Positions 37,001 to 49,644 of a stretch of DNA of 64,000 nt are shown here, piece by piece. A program made the translations under genes and the position numbers. Each line of letters opens with the position of its first letter. Within the stretch, counting starts at the first letter, position 1. Location of the stretch: assembly GCF_030028105.1 (NCBI RefSeq), contig NC_092384.1:12674316-12738315 (forward strand). The letters are read 5' to 3'. The notes below the pieces were generated by a model. That model did no database searches, was not told the DNA's origin, and worked only from the letters and a program-made list of their open reading frames with translations. The stretch comes from Mobula birostris. Lineage: Eukaryota.

Positions 37001-37410
37001 CTCTGGTTCCCATCCCCCTGCAAATCTAGTTTAAAGCCTCCCCAATAGCACTAACAAACCTCCCTGAAAGGATATTGGTCCCCCTGTTGTTCATGTGTAA
37101 CCCGTCTCTCTTGTACAGGTTCCACCTGCCCCAGAAGAGGTCCCAATTATGCTGAAATCTGAAACCCTGCCCCCTACACCAGTTCCTCAGCCACTTGTTC
37201 ATCCTCCAGAGCATCCTATTCCTACCCTCACTGGCACGTAGCACAGGTAGCAATCTACTGTGTGTCTTTAAAAATTAGTGAGGGTTTTAGGGGACAGGGA
37301 AAATTTTTTAGTGAAAATTTTGAGCTTCCACGTCCCCTTACGTGCCTGCCGGTTTCAGCCCTCTTCTGCCTTGATCAGAGCTGTTGATCACGGTCTCTCC
37401 CCGACCAGGT
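34001..37410 (-). mobile_element. CR1 LINE, best-preserved ORF2 in the window (469 aa uninterrupted segment)
   Basis: ORF 34578-35987 with PGNYRPVSLTSVVGK, YMDFSKAF, PQGSVLGP, FADDTK; APE ORF 36184-36723; ORF1 esterase end 37026-37253; (AGAAACCAT)n tail. Confidence 0.95.
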
Positions 37411-37427
37411 TCGAATATATAGAATAG

Positions 37428-39690
37428 ACCATAAGACCATAAGACAAAGGAGGAGAAGTCGACCATTCGGCCCATCGAGTCTGCTTCTCCATTTTATCAT
37501 GAGCTGATCCATTCTCCCATTTAGCCCCACTCCCCCACCTTCTCACCATAACCTTTGATGCCCTGGCTACTCAGATAAATCTTTGCTTTAAATACACCGA
37601 ATGATTTGGCCTCCACTGCTGCCCATGGCAGCAAATTCTATAGAGTCACCACCCTCTGACTAAAATAATTTCTTCACAAGTCATGCCCTCTGGTACTAGA
37701 CACCCCATCATGGGAAACAACTTTGCCACATCCACTCTGTCCATGCCTTTCAACATTCGAAATCATATAACATCAGACAGTATAACACAAAAACAGGCCA
37801 TTTGGTCCACACTGTTATGCTGAACCAGCTAAAAAGCAAATCAAATACCACTAAACACCAATCCCTACATCATGTCTATATCTCTCTGTCTTCCTTACAT
37901 GCATGTGCCTATCCAAATATTTCTTAAAAACATCTAATATAGTTGGCTCTACCAGACAGCGCATTCCAATCATCCATCACGCTCTGAGTAAAAAAAAAAA
38001 CACTTCGCCCTCATATCACCCGTCAATTTACCACTTTTCAGCTTCATGTATGCCCTCTGGCATTAGACATTTCAACCACTGGAAAGAGATAATCTGTCCA
38101 CGCCATCTAGTCTTTCATAAACTCGTGAACCTCTATTAGTTTTCTCCTCAGCATCAGGCGCTCCAGAGAAAACATATCAAGTTTATCCAGCCTCTCGTGA
38201 TAGCACATACCCTCTAAACCAGGCAGCATTCTGGTAAACCTTTTCAGCACTCTATCCAGTGCCTCAACCTTTGCTATAGTGGGGCGACCAGAACTGTATG
38301 CAATACTCCTGAAGTGGCCTAAACAGATTTTATGTAGTATTTGTGACATAACCACCTGCCTTTCGAACTCAGTGCCTCGACTAATAAAAACAAGCATTCC
38401 ATAAAGCTTCGTAACCATCTTATCGACCTGTATAGCCACTTTCAATGAGCTACGAACTTGCATACAGAGATCGTTTTGATCAGCAACACTATACTGTCTC
38501 TTGCATTTGTCCCAACGCGGTGCAGCAACTCACATTTATCTGCATTAAACTCTATCTGCACACATCTGCAACTGATCTATATCGCGCTGTTTCAGTTGTA
38601 GTCTTCTACACAACCTACAACTCCTCCAATATTGGTATAATCCGCAATATTATTAAGCCATCATCTACATTTTCATGCAGGCAATTTATATACATTACAA
38701 ACAGCAGAGGTCCCAGTACAGTTCCCTGCGAAACTCCACTAATTACAGACGTTCAGCTCGAATAAGCCTCTTCAACCAATACACTCTGTCTCCCGTGCGT
38801 AAGCCAGTTCTGAAGCCAAACAGCTAATTCGGCTCGGACCCCGTGTATCTTGATTTTCTAAATTAGGCTATCATGTGGGAGTTTGTCAAACACATTACTA
38901 AAATCTCAGTACTAAAATCCATGTAGACTATCTCCACTCCCCTACCGACATCAATCTCGCTCGTCACCTTGTCAAAAACTCAATCAAGTTGGTAAGGCCC
39001 GACCTAACACGTACAAAGCCTCTTCCTAATCAGGGCATAGGTTTCAAAATACTCACACTTCCTGCCGCTAAGAATTTTCTCCAGCAATTTCCCTACTACT
39101 GACATGACATTCACCGGTCTATAGTTCCTAGAATTTTCCCTTTTTCCCTTCTTAAACAGAGGTACAACACTAGCCACTAGTCAGTCCTCTGGGACCTCGC
39201 CTATGGTTAGAGAAGACACCAAGATACTGGTCAAAGACTCAGCGATCTCACCTCTTGTCTACTTCAATAACCTGTGGTAAGTCCCATCGGGCCCTGGGGA
39301 CTTAGTTACCTTAATATTTATTAGGATGCCTAACACCTTCTCCTCCTTGACCTCTAAACCACTAGGGTATTTATACAGTCAGTATTGACCGCCTGGAGTT
39401 CAATATCCTTTTCTTTGGTAAATACTGAAGCACAGTTCTCTTTAAGTACCTCACTGACATTCTCTGCGTCCAAGCAAATATTCCCCCATTTCTACCTCAC
39501 CCTCGTTATCCTTTTGCTCTTGAGGTGTGTATACAATGTCTTGCGATTCACCTTAATTCTACTTGCAAATTACTTTTCATGGCCCATCCTAGCCTTCCTA
39601 TTTCCTTTCTTTAGTTCTTTTCAGGCTTCTTTAAACTCCTCGTGTGCTTTATTTGATTCCAACTTCCGAAGATTTGCATAATAGTGTAGA
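37428..39690 (-). mobile_element. Older, diverged CR1 fragments
   Basis: ORF 38107-38463 (RFTRMLPGLEGMCYHERLDKL) plus degenerate RT/APE-linker sequence; (AGACCATA)n tail at 37428. Confidence 0.75.
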
Positions 39691-39859
39691 GGATCTGAGA
39701 GATCTTGAAGTCAGTGTCCATTGGACACTCAAAGTTGCTGTGCAGGTTGACAGTGTTGTTAAGAAACCATAAGGCGCGTTGGCATTCATTAACCATGGGA
39801 TTGAGTTCAAGAGCCATGAGGTACAGTTACAGCTATAACCTTGGTCAGGCTCCGGGGGC

Positions 39860-40410
39860 TTTCAAGTACCAAGTCAAGTCCTGACTCCAGGGGCAGTCAA
39901 GTACCAAGTCAAGTCCTGGTCCTGGCGGCATTCAAGTACCAAGTCAAGTGCTGGCCCTGGCGGCGTTCAAGTACCAAGTCAAGTCCTGGTCCTAGCAGCA
40001 CTCAAGTACCAAGTCAAGTCCTTGTCCTGGCCGCATTCAAGTACTGAGTCAAGTCCTGGCACCGGGGGCATTCAAGTACCAAGTCAAGTCCTGGCTCTGG
40101 GGGCAGTCAAGTGCCAAGTCAAGTCCTGGTCCTGGCGTCATTCAAGTACCAGGTCAAGTCCTGGACCTGGCGGCATTGAAGTACCAAGTCAAGTCCCGGT
40201 CCTGGCGGCATTCAAGTACCAAGTCAAGTCCTGGTCCTGGCGTCATTCAAGTACCAGGTCAAGTCCTTGCCCTGGCAGCATTCAAGTACCAAGTCAAGTC
40301 CTGGCCCTGGCGGCATTCAAGTACCGAGTCAAGTCCTGGCCCTGGCGGCATTCAAGTACTGAGTCAAGTCCTGACCCTGGCGGCTTCCCAGTTCCGAGTC
40401 AAGTCCTGGC
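39860..40410 (+). repeat. 35 bp minisatellite, about 16 copies (CAAGTCAAGTCCTGGCCCTGGCGGCATTCAAGTAC)
   Basis: Head-to-tail units read directly, with point variants and no spacers. Confidence 0.92.
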
Positions 40411-40544
40411 CCTGGCAGTCTGTGATTCCTGTCCTACCCCCCTGTCTGTATCTGTTCTCTGCCCCTCTCGCCTCTCGCCCTCGTCTGCAGCCCTCACCTG
40501 CATTTCGGTCTAGTTCTATCACTGGAGCTAGATAGGTACTGTCT

Positions 40545-40770
40545 TGTGTGCTTTCGTGTTGGTCTTGTCTTGTCCTCGCCTCCGTGGGGTAAGTCAGGCC
40601 GTCTTGCCGTTGCCTTGCGGGGGGTCATGTCTTGTCTTGTCTTGTCCTCGCCTCCATGAGGTAGGTCTGGCCGTCTTGCCGTTGCCCCGCAGGGGGTCAT
40701 GTCTTGTCTTGTCTTGTCCTCGCCTCCGTGTGCTAAGTCAGGCCGTCTTGCCATTGCCCCGCGAAGGGTC
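40545..40770 (+). repeat. About 60 bp tandem repeat, 3-4 copies
   Basis: gtcttgtcttgtcctcgcctcc(g/a)tg...caggccgtcttgcc(g/a)ttgcc...ggtcat is repeated. Confidence 0.85.
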
Positions 40771-41214
40771 ATGAGTCCCAGCCCTATGTCCTGTACCGAA
40801 AGAGGGGTCCCGACTCTGTGTTCTGTGTATGTGTCCATGGTTCCGTGTACCTGCTCTCCTGAGACCTGTTTTCCATGTTCCTCCTCTCCCTGGCCCATGT
40901 CATGTCCATGCCTGGTTCTGGGGTCCGAGCCCGAGGCAAGACCCAGGTACTGGGTCCTTGCCCAGTCTCTGGCTCGGAGTCCATACCCTAGCCTCTTCAT
41001 GTCTCCTCTAGTTCTGGGAGCCGATTCCGCGTCCAAGCCCAGACCCTTGGTCCCAGCCTAGTCGTAGTCCCGAGTCCTTACCCTGTTCGCTATTCCTGCT
41101 TCTGCTTTGCTCTCCTGGTATCGAACAATAAACTAAATTTTAATTAACCTCACAAGATGTGTCTTGCATTTGGGTCCACCCTTGCTCCCAAAGCCCCCGC
41201 CATTGTGACAATAG

Positions 41215-42300
41215 CTATCCTGAAAGTTAAGGAGTTATTTTAATTGTGCCTTTCCTATTGACCCACTGAATGGTCCCCATGACAACAACGCTATTATTTT
41301 TACAAGTTTCCTTAATCTGATTGCATATCTGCTCCTCAATGCTCCAGTGGCTATTATGAGATCTGTAGTACAATCCCATCAGTGTGATTGCACCCTCCTA
41401 TTCATGAATTGCACCCAATGGACTCAATATCTGACCACCCTTCCATTGGGCTTCCCATGAGTGTAGTTGTTTTATTGTCCCTGATTAGTAATGCAACGCC
41501 CCCCAACTCGCGCTCTTTGAACTCCTCCTCTATCTTTTCTAAAACTTCGAAAACCTGGTGGGTTAGTCACCCATTCTTGCCCCTCTCTCAACCAAGTTTC
41601 AGTAATGACAACAACATCGGAGGTCCATCCTCTAAGTTTACCGGTATAAGACTCCAATACTTACCCATAATACTCCAAGCATTAAAATATACACACTTCT
41701 AACTATCCGACTAATCATAACTATTATTTCACTTTTGCCTTTCAATACTTTCCCTGACACCTACCTTCTGTTCAGAGCTTTCTCTTCCTGACCTGGGGCT
41801 CCGCTTTCAAATCCCCGGCTGGGAGATTTATTCCGTTCCAAATCAGGTGCTACCCGACCCGACCCTCTACTACAGGTCATCGCTTCCCCAGAAAAGATTT
41901 CAACGACCCTAGAACTTGAAATCCTGCCCCCTGCACCATCTCGGCAGCCACTCATTCATCCAAGTTATCAACACTTTCCTACTTGCAGAAGCCCGTGGCA
42001 CAGAGAGTACTCCGGAGATTACAACTTTGGAGGACATTCTCTTCAACCTCTGTATTAACTCTATATCTCATTGCGTAGGACCTCACATCCCCTCTCTTCT
42101 CTGCCTATAAACACCACAACATCTGGCTGTTCCCCCTCCCCCTTGAGAATATACAGCAGCCGCTCCAATACATCATTGACCCAAGAACCCGGGAGGGAAC
42201 AGACCATCCTTGTGTCTCTTTTGCGGCCACAAAATATCCTTACCGTACCGCTAACTGTCGAGTGCCCTATAGCCACGGCAACTATCATGCAGAAGCAAAT
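41215..42300 (-). mobile_element. Old CR1 ORF1/APE fragment
   Basis: SDVVVITETWLREGQEW (ORF 41472-41657); VCSLPGSWVNDV...EGEQPDVVV (ORF 42061-42288). Confidence 0.75.
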
Positions 42301-42409
42301 CTTCTAGTTGAAAATTGTAAGAAATTTCTAGGTGGGAAATATTAACCAAGGGACTTGTCTGCTAAATCATAAGATTTTTCTTGCAACAATTAAGATGTTG
42401 CTGATAACC

Positions 42410-42870
42410 ATATAACCATAAGTTACAGAGGAAGGTTGAACAGATTAGGTCTTTATTCTTTGGAGCATAGAAGGTTGAGGGGGGACTTGATAGAGGTGTT
42501 TAAAATTATGAGGGGGATTGATAGAGTTGACGTGGATAGGTTTTTTCCATTGAGAGTGGGGGGAGATTCGAACAAGAGGAAATGAGTTGAGAGGTAAAGG
42601 ACAAAAGTTTAGGAGTAACATGAGGGAGAACTTCTTTACTCAGAGAGTGGTAGCTGTGTGGAATGAGCTTCCAGCAGAAGTAGTTGAGGCAGGTTCGATG
42701 TTGTCGTTTAAAGTTAAATTGGATAGCTATAAGGACAGGAAAGGAATGGAGGGTTATGGGCTGAGTGCAGGTCGGTGGGACTAGATGAGAGTAAGATTTC
42801 GGCACGGACTAGATGGGCCGAGATGGCCTGTTTCTGTGCTGCAATTGTTATCTGGTTACATGGTTATATG
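42410..42870 (+). mobile_element. CR1 3' fragment
   Basis: FRSNMRENFFTQRVVAVWNELP; (ATGGTT)-type tail. Confidence 0.88.
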
Positions 42871-44679
42871 CTGATGTTGCTAACCACGTGTCCTTCAATA
42901 TTGCTTTCAAATCATTGTAAGTCAGTCAACGTTCTGCCGATGTTCTACCTTAGCCTGGGGCCGTTAAGGTCAAGTAGTTCTCGGGGACAATGAATCACAG
43001 TGAGTTTGAAAACGGGTCTTAGTCCTACAGGAAGCTACAGAAAGATGGATGCTACATTTGTACATATGCCTACTCAGAACTTTGATATAGAGTGGAATTT
43101 GAAATGTAAGAAATGCACGAACCTTTAGACCAGGAGTTCTCAACCGGGGCTCCGCAGTTCTGCGACAGGTCGTGATTAAGGAAAAAAAACATTGTTATCC
43201 GAACTTCACACGACGCACGATGCGAGCGTTCGCAGTGATGGACAGCGACCGAGCAGCCCCAAGGGCAGTCTCCGGAGAGGCCTCTCAGCCCAATATGGTA
43301 GTGCGTGTTTATTTAATTGAGTCCATTCTTCGTGTTTGATGCGAGATAGGGGAGCCGTTGATAATTGGTGAGCTTGGAGGGGAGGACGTTAGGTTGATGA
43401 GGAGGGTGAAGTGCGTTCTCCTGAGCATTGGATAGACTCGCCCCATTTAAGGTGTGATGTAAGCCCTTTCTTCCCGGATTACCTCCCCCAACTTCCACTT
43501 ATGCGCCGCCGACTGATTTGGGGAGGGAAAAAACTCAACCGGTGCAGTAGAAAATTGGAGGAAAATATTCATTCTAAAGAAGTAATTTTTACGCGCCAGG
43601 ACTCAACTGTTGGCCTGCCGCTTCCCTGGTGTTGTAAATGTTATTTAGTCGCAGAGCTTAATACCCAGAACAGTTAAAGTAACACAGTTGGTGAGAACCC
43701 AATAATGCTAGCATGTAAAATTATGGTGGTCAAAATGCAGTATGAGAAATTGGAAAAGGTTTCACTCTCAAGTACGATAAGTCGACGTATTGATGAAATG
43801 CCACAAGATAGTGAAGTTGTCTTGTGTGACAGACTGAAAAAACAGCTCCTCCATCCGGGTTGATGAGCCAATAGATTTAAGCAATAAATGCCATGTGTAG
43901 CATTTGTAAGACTTGTATATCATGGTGAAATTCAAGAAAACTTTTGTGTTGCATAGAGCTGTCCGAAAGAAGTAAATATCAAGATAAATTATTTTTTTGT
44001 CCTCATGTCTGGAAACAAAAGGTCTATCATGGAGGAACTGTGTTGGCATCTGTACTGATGGTACCCCACTGGTGAAAGACCCTTTCTCGAAATCTTATGC
44101 TGAACCTGAGAACTTACCTTTGAGAGAAGAAGAAGAACCTTTTGAGCTACCTTTCGTGCACTCAAGATGAGGTTTATTGACCTGTCCCTGGACCAGTTCT
44201 GGATTTCTGTGAAAGAACAGTATACTGCCATTCGCAGGAAATCAATGCGAATTTTGCTGCACTTTTTAACTTCTTACATATGCCAGCAAGATTGTCCAAG
44301 TTTAACAAGCATCAGGAGCAAGGATAGAGATAATTTCATTTCAGTTAAAGGTGAAATCCGTGTGCTGATCTCAAGTTCGACCCAGAATTGAGTATCTGAG
44401 CAGGGGAAAAAAAAACAATAAGCCTGATAATGGTACTTTCAAACTCTTGTATAAAATTGTACCTGAGGCTATATTTTTTATTTATATTGCATTGGCTTAT
44501 GATTTTTAGTAATTTTACTATTCAACATTGTCAATAAATTTTCATGCTGTGAATAGGATTCATTAAAATCAATTTACAACCTTTATTTAAATAAAATCTA
44601 CTAGAACTACCTTTAGAAAAATTAAATCCAATTTTAACTTAAGCCAGTTACTTAACAGAAATTTATTACGTTTGCCTTA

Positions 44680-44940
44680 TGAAACATAGAAACATAGAAA
44701 ACCTACAGCGCATACAGGCGCTTCGGCCCACAAAGCTGTGCCAAACATGCCCTTAGCTTAGGGTTACCCATAGCCCTTTATTTTTCTGAGCTTCATGTAC
44801 CTGTCCAGGCGTCTCGTAAAAGTCCCTATCATATCCGCCTCCACCACCGTTGTCGACAGCCCATTCCACGCACTCTCTGCGTAAAAAACTTATCCTTGAC
44901 ATCTCCCGAAGAAAAAACTTACCCCTGACATCTCCATGAG
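44680..44940 (-). mobile_element. CR1 3' fragment nested in hAT
   Basis: (ACATAGAA)n tail followed by the CR1 3' UTR and ORF2 end. Confidence 0.85.
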
Positions 44941-45004
44941 TTATTAAAATTTATGATTAACAGATTAAGAAATTAATTTTAAGAAAGTTAAATTAAACTT
45001 AACG

Positions 45005-48000
45005 ATCAAAGTGATAGGGGATTCTATAGTTAGGGGATTAGAGAGTCGATTCTCTGGATGCAGGAAAGAAACTCGGATGGTAGTTTGACTCCCAGGTGCC
45101 AGCGTCCGGGATGTTTCAGATCGTGTCCAAGATACCCTGCAGTGGGAGGGAGAACAGCCAGAGGTCGTGGTACATATTGGTACCAATGACACAGGTACGA
45201 AAAGGGAAGACGTCCTAAAAAAAAAAGACTACAGGGAGTTAGGAAGGAAGTTGAGAAGCAGGACCGCAAAGGTAGTAATCTCGGGATTACTTCCTGTGCC
45301 ACGAGACAGTGACTATAGGAATAGGTGGAGGATAAATGCGTGGGTGAGGGTTTGGAGCGGGGGCAGGGATTGAGATTTCTCGATCATTGGGACCTCTTTT
45401 CGGGCAGGTGTGACCTGTACAAAAAGCACGGGTTGCACTTTAATCCCAGGGGGACCAATATCCTGGCGGGGAGGTTTGCTAAGGCTACTGAGGAGAGTTG
45501 AAACTAGAATTGTTGTGGGGTGGGAACCGAACTGGAGAGACTGGGGAAGAGGTGGTTTGCTCATAAATAGAAAAATCTTGGAGACAGTGTGTTAGCGAGG
45601 ATAGGCAGGTGATAGAGAAGGGACGCACTCAGACTGACGGTTTGAGATGTGTCTACTTTAACGCAAGGAGTATTGTGAACAAAGCGGATGAGCTTAGAGC
45701 GTGGATCAGTACTTGGAGCTATGATGTGGTGGCCATTACAGGGACTTGGATGGCTCAGGGACAGAAATGGTTACTTCAAGTGCCGGGTTTTAGATGTTTC
45801 AGAAAGGACGGGTAGGGAGGCACATGAGGAGGGACGTGGCACTGTTGAATAGAGATAGTGTCACGGCTGCAGGACAGGTGGACGCCATGGACAGATAATC
45901 TCTGTGGGTGGAGGTTAGGAACAGGAAGGGGTCAAAACTTTACAGGGTGTTTTTTATAGGCCGCCCAATAGTAACGGGAATACCGAGGAGCAGATAGGGA
46001 AACAGGTCCTGGAAAGGTGTAATAATAACAGAGTTCTCGTGATGGGAGATTTTAATTTCCCAAATATCGATTGGCATTTCCGTAGAGCTAGGGGTTCAGA
46101 CGGGGTGGAGTTTGTTAGGTATGTTCAGGAAGGTTCTTTGACACAATGTGTAGATAAGCCTACGAGAGGAGAGACTGTACCTGATTTGGTATTGGGAAAT
46201 GAACCTGGTCAGGTGTCAGATCTCTCAGTGGGAGAGCATCTTGGAGACAGTGATCATAATTCTATCTCCTTTACAATAGTATTGGAGAGAAATAGGAACA
46301 GACAAGTTGAAAAAGCGTTTAATTGGAGTAAGGGGAATTATGAGGCTATCAGGCAGGAAATTGAATCTTAAATTGGGAACAGGTGTTCTCGGAGAAAAGT
46401 ACGGAAGACATGTGGCAAATGTTAGGGGATATTTGTGTGGAGTTCTACATAGGTACGTTCCAATGAGACAGGGAAGTTATGGTAGGGTACAGGAACCATG
46501 GTATACAAAGGTTGTAGTAAATCTAGTCACGAGGAAAAGAAAAGCTTACGGAAGGTTCAGGGAGCTAAGTAAAGTTAGAGATCTAGAAGATTATAAGGCT
46601 AAAAAAGGAGTTTAAGAAGGAAATTAGGAGAGCCAGAAGGAGCCTTGGCGGGCAGGATTAAGGAAACCCCCAGGGCATTCTACAAGTATGTGAAGAGCAA
46701 GAGTATAAGTCGTGAAAGAATACGACCTATCAATTGTGACAGTGGGAAAGTATGTATGGAACCGGAGGAAATAGCAGAGGCACTTAATGAACACTTTACT
46801 TAGTATTCACTATGGAAAAGGATCTTGGTGATTGTAGTAATGACTTGCAGCGAACTGAAAAGCTTGAGCATATAGATATCAAGAAAGAGGATGTGCTGGA
46901 GCTTTTGGAAAGCATCAAGTTGGATAAGTCGCCGGGTGTCTACTGTGGGAGGCGAGGGACGAGATTGCTAAGCCTCCGGTGATGATCTTTCATCATCAAT
47001 ATGGACGGGTGAGGTTCGGAGGATTGTAGGGTTGCGAATGTTGCTCTTTTATTCAAGAAAGCCTCTGGAGATAGTCCAGGAAATTATAGACCAGTGAGAC
47101 TTTCTTCAGTTGTTGGTAAATTTATGGAGAAGATCCTGAGAGGCAAGATTTATGAACATTTATAGAGGTACATTATGAATAGGAATTGTCAACATGGCTT
47201 TTACAAGGGCAGTTCGTGCCTTAAGAGCCTGATTGAATTTTTTGAGGATGTGACTGAAGACATTGATGAAGGAAGAGCAGTAGGTGTAGTGTACATGGTT
47301 TTCAGCAAGTCTTTTGATAAGGTAACCCTTGTAAGGCTTATTGAGAAAGTAAGGAGGCATGGGATCCAAGGCGACTTTGCTTTGTGGATCCAGAACTGGC
47401 TAGCTCACAAAAGGGAAAGAGTGATTGTAGACGGGTCATATTCTGCATGGAGGTCGGTGAACAGTGCTGTGCCTCAGGGATCCGTTCTGGGACTCTTACT
47501 CTTCGTGATTTTTATAAATGACCTCGATGAGGATGTAGATGGATGGGTTAGTAAGTTTGCTGATTACACTAATGTTGGAGATATTGTGGATAGTGTAGAA
47601 GGCTGTCAGAGGTTACAGTGGGACATTGATAGAATGCAAAACTGGACTGAGAAGTGGCAGATGGAGTTCAACCCAGGTAAGTGTGAAGTGGTGCGTTTTG
47701 GTGGATCAATTATGATGGTAGAATATAGTATTAGTGGTAAGACTCTTGGCAGTGTGGAGGATCAGAGGGATCTTGGGGTCCGAGTCCATTGGACGTTTGA
47801 AGCAGCTGCGCAGGTTGACTCTGTGGTTAAGAAGGCCAACGGTGTATTGGTCTTCATCAACTGTGGAAGTGGATTTAGGAGCCTACAGGTAATGTTGCCG
47901 CTATATAGGACTCTGGTCCGGCCTTACTTGGAGTACTGTGCTCTGTTCTGGTTGCCTCACTACAGGAAGGATGTGGAAACTGTAGAAAGGGCACAGAGGA

Positions 48001-48445
48001 GAAATACAAGAAGTTGCCTGGATTGGAGAGCATGCCTTATAAAAACAGGTTGCGGGTACTCGGCCTTTTCTCTTTGGAGCGACGGAAGATGACAGGTGAC
48101 CTGATAGAGGTGTATATGATGAGAGGCTTTGATCGTGTGGATAGTCAGAGGCTCTTTCCTAGGGCTGAAATGGTTGCCAGAAGTGGACACAGGTTTATGG
48201 TGCTGGGGAGTAGGTACACAGGAGATGTCAGGGGTATGTTTTTTACCCAGAAAATGGTGAGTGTGTGGTATGGGCTGCCGGCAACGGCGGTGGAGGCAGA
48301 TACGACAAGGTCTTTTAAGAGACTTTTGGATAGGTACATGGAGTTTAGATAAATGGTAGGCCTAGTAATTGCTAATTTAGGGACATATTCGGCACAACTT
48401 TGTGGGCTGAAGGGCCTGTATTATGCTATAGGTTTTCTATGTTTT
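45005..48445 (+). mobile_element. CR1 LINE (ORF1 esterase, APE, RT, tail) nested in hAT; decayed
   Basis: VHIGTND...VVISGLLPVP; CVYFNARSIVNK; GDFNFPNIDW; ORF 47175-48092 RT; tail near 48440. Confidence 0.92.
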
Positions 48446-49295
48446 TACCTGTTTCTTTTCAGGGAAGGTTGGCTAAAAATTTATTCTTTACTCAAAAGTG
48501 ATTTGACAATTATTTCTGGATTATTATACCTGCAACTTACTGATATAGTAACAACCCATAAGCTTTAAGTATAATAATTTTTATACAGGGGTTTCCTAAG
48601 ACTTGAAAATTATTTCAAGGGTTCCTCCAGCACAAAAAGGTTGAGAAGTGCTGCTATAGACTGTGTTGAGCAAAACCCTACTAACTGCAATAACTGATCT
48701 ACTTTAATTATGTTAATTCAAAAATAATATTGGCCAGGCCACTAGTGGGAAGACTCACAGCCAAATCATAGAGAGTAGAAAATTAAACCATTTGGCCTAT
48801 CGACTGTGTGTTGACAATCAAAACATATTTATTCTAATCCTGCATTTTACATTTTCTCTTCTCCCAGATTTCCATCAACTCCTCATCAACATTAGATCCT
48901 GCCTGTCACCTACCTACTAGGAGCATTAACAGTGGCTAATTAACTTATGACCCCACACATCCTTGGGATGTGGGAGAAAACTGGATCACTCAGAGGAAAT
49001 ACTAGACGGTCACAGGAAGAAATTGCAAAATCCACATGGGCTGTCCTCCAAGCAGACTACAACCTTGTCAGAGGGTTTGGAGGTTTGTGTGTCTCAATGA
49101 CTCGCAGAGCTATGTTGGCTGAAGTCAGAGTTTTACGCTTTTGCTCTTGGTAGGGTCACGCATGCCAAACAGGTGATTGCCACTGCTATACTGTGAAGTC
49201 TTTCATTTTAGCAGTTTTCTGTAAAACAATGCATTCTTCTGGTAGAATGTTTCGTTTATCCTAAAGATAAGGAGCCATATTCTTCAACTTAAGAA

Positions 49296-49640
49296 TGTTG
49301 TGTCAGCCAATCAAGATGGTGGATTCGGGAGAAAGTTCTAGACAGTGCTGGGTGGAGAAGGATTTGTGACCAACAGTGGTCGAGTTCGTAGTCTTTCGGC
49401 GGGAGATCCGGAAAGGAGAGGATCTGGGAGGAAGCCTGGAGGATCCGATCCGAAGGGAAGACCCTAATGTAAGGAGTGCTTCCCGAGGACAAGGAATCCA
49501 TGAAAAGAACTTTTTTCTATGATTGGCAATGAGAATTCAGCGTTTTGAGTGAAGCAGGACAACCCACCATTACAGACACGATAGGAACTCCAGCGTTTTT
49601 CATTTTAGTTTGCCTGATAAACTAATGAACTGTTAGGTAA
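49296..49640 (+). mobile_element. Probable LTR fragment
   Basis: Starts TGTTGTG, contains a CCAAT box and short internal repeats (ggatc motifs); family not identified. Confidence 0.3.
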
Positions 49641-49644
49641 TACT

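Larger units (their letters stand above)
39840..41210 (+). mobile_element. Solo-LTR-like element with minisatellites
   Basis: AATAAA at 41127-41132 and a terminal TGTGACA at 41204-41210; homologous motifs to 16295-17610. Confidence 0.6.
43131..48653 (+). mobile_element. hAT (Buster/Charlie-type) internally deleted transposon carrying nested CR1s
   Basis: TIRs CAGGAGTTCTCAACC / GGTTGAGAAGTGCTG. 8 bp TSD CTTTAGAC (43123-43130) vs CTATAGAC (48654-48661), central TA. Transposase remnants SLSSTISRRIDEM and FWISVKEQY...LTSIRSKDR...EIRVLIS. Confidence 0.85.

Noticed and set aside
39860-40410. CRISPR-like array of about 35 bp repeats
   Set aside because: Units are head-to-tail with no unique spacers, there are no cas genes, and the context is vertebrate; it is a minisatellite in an LTR
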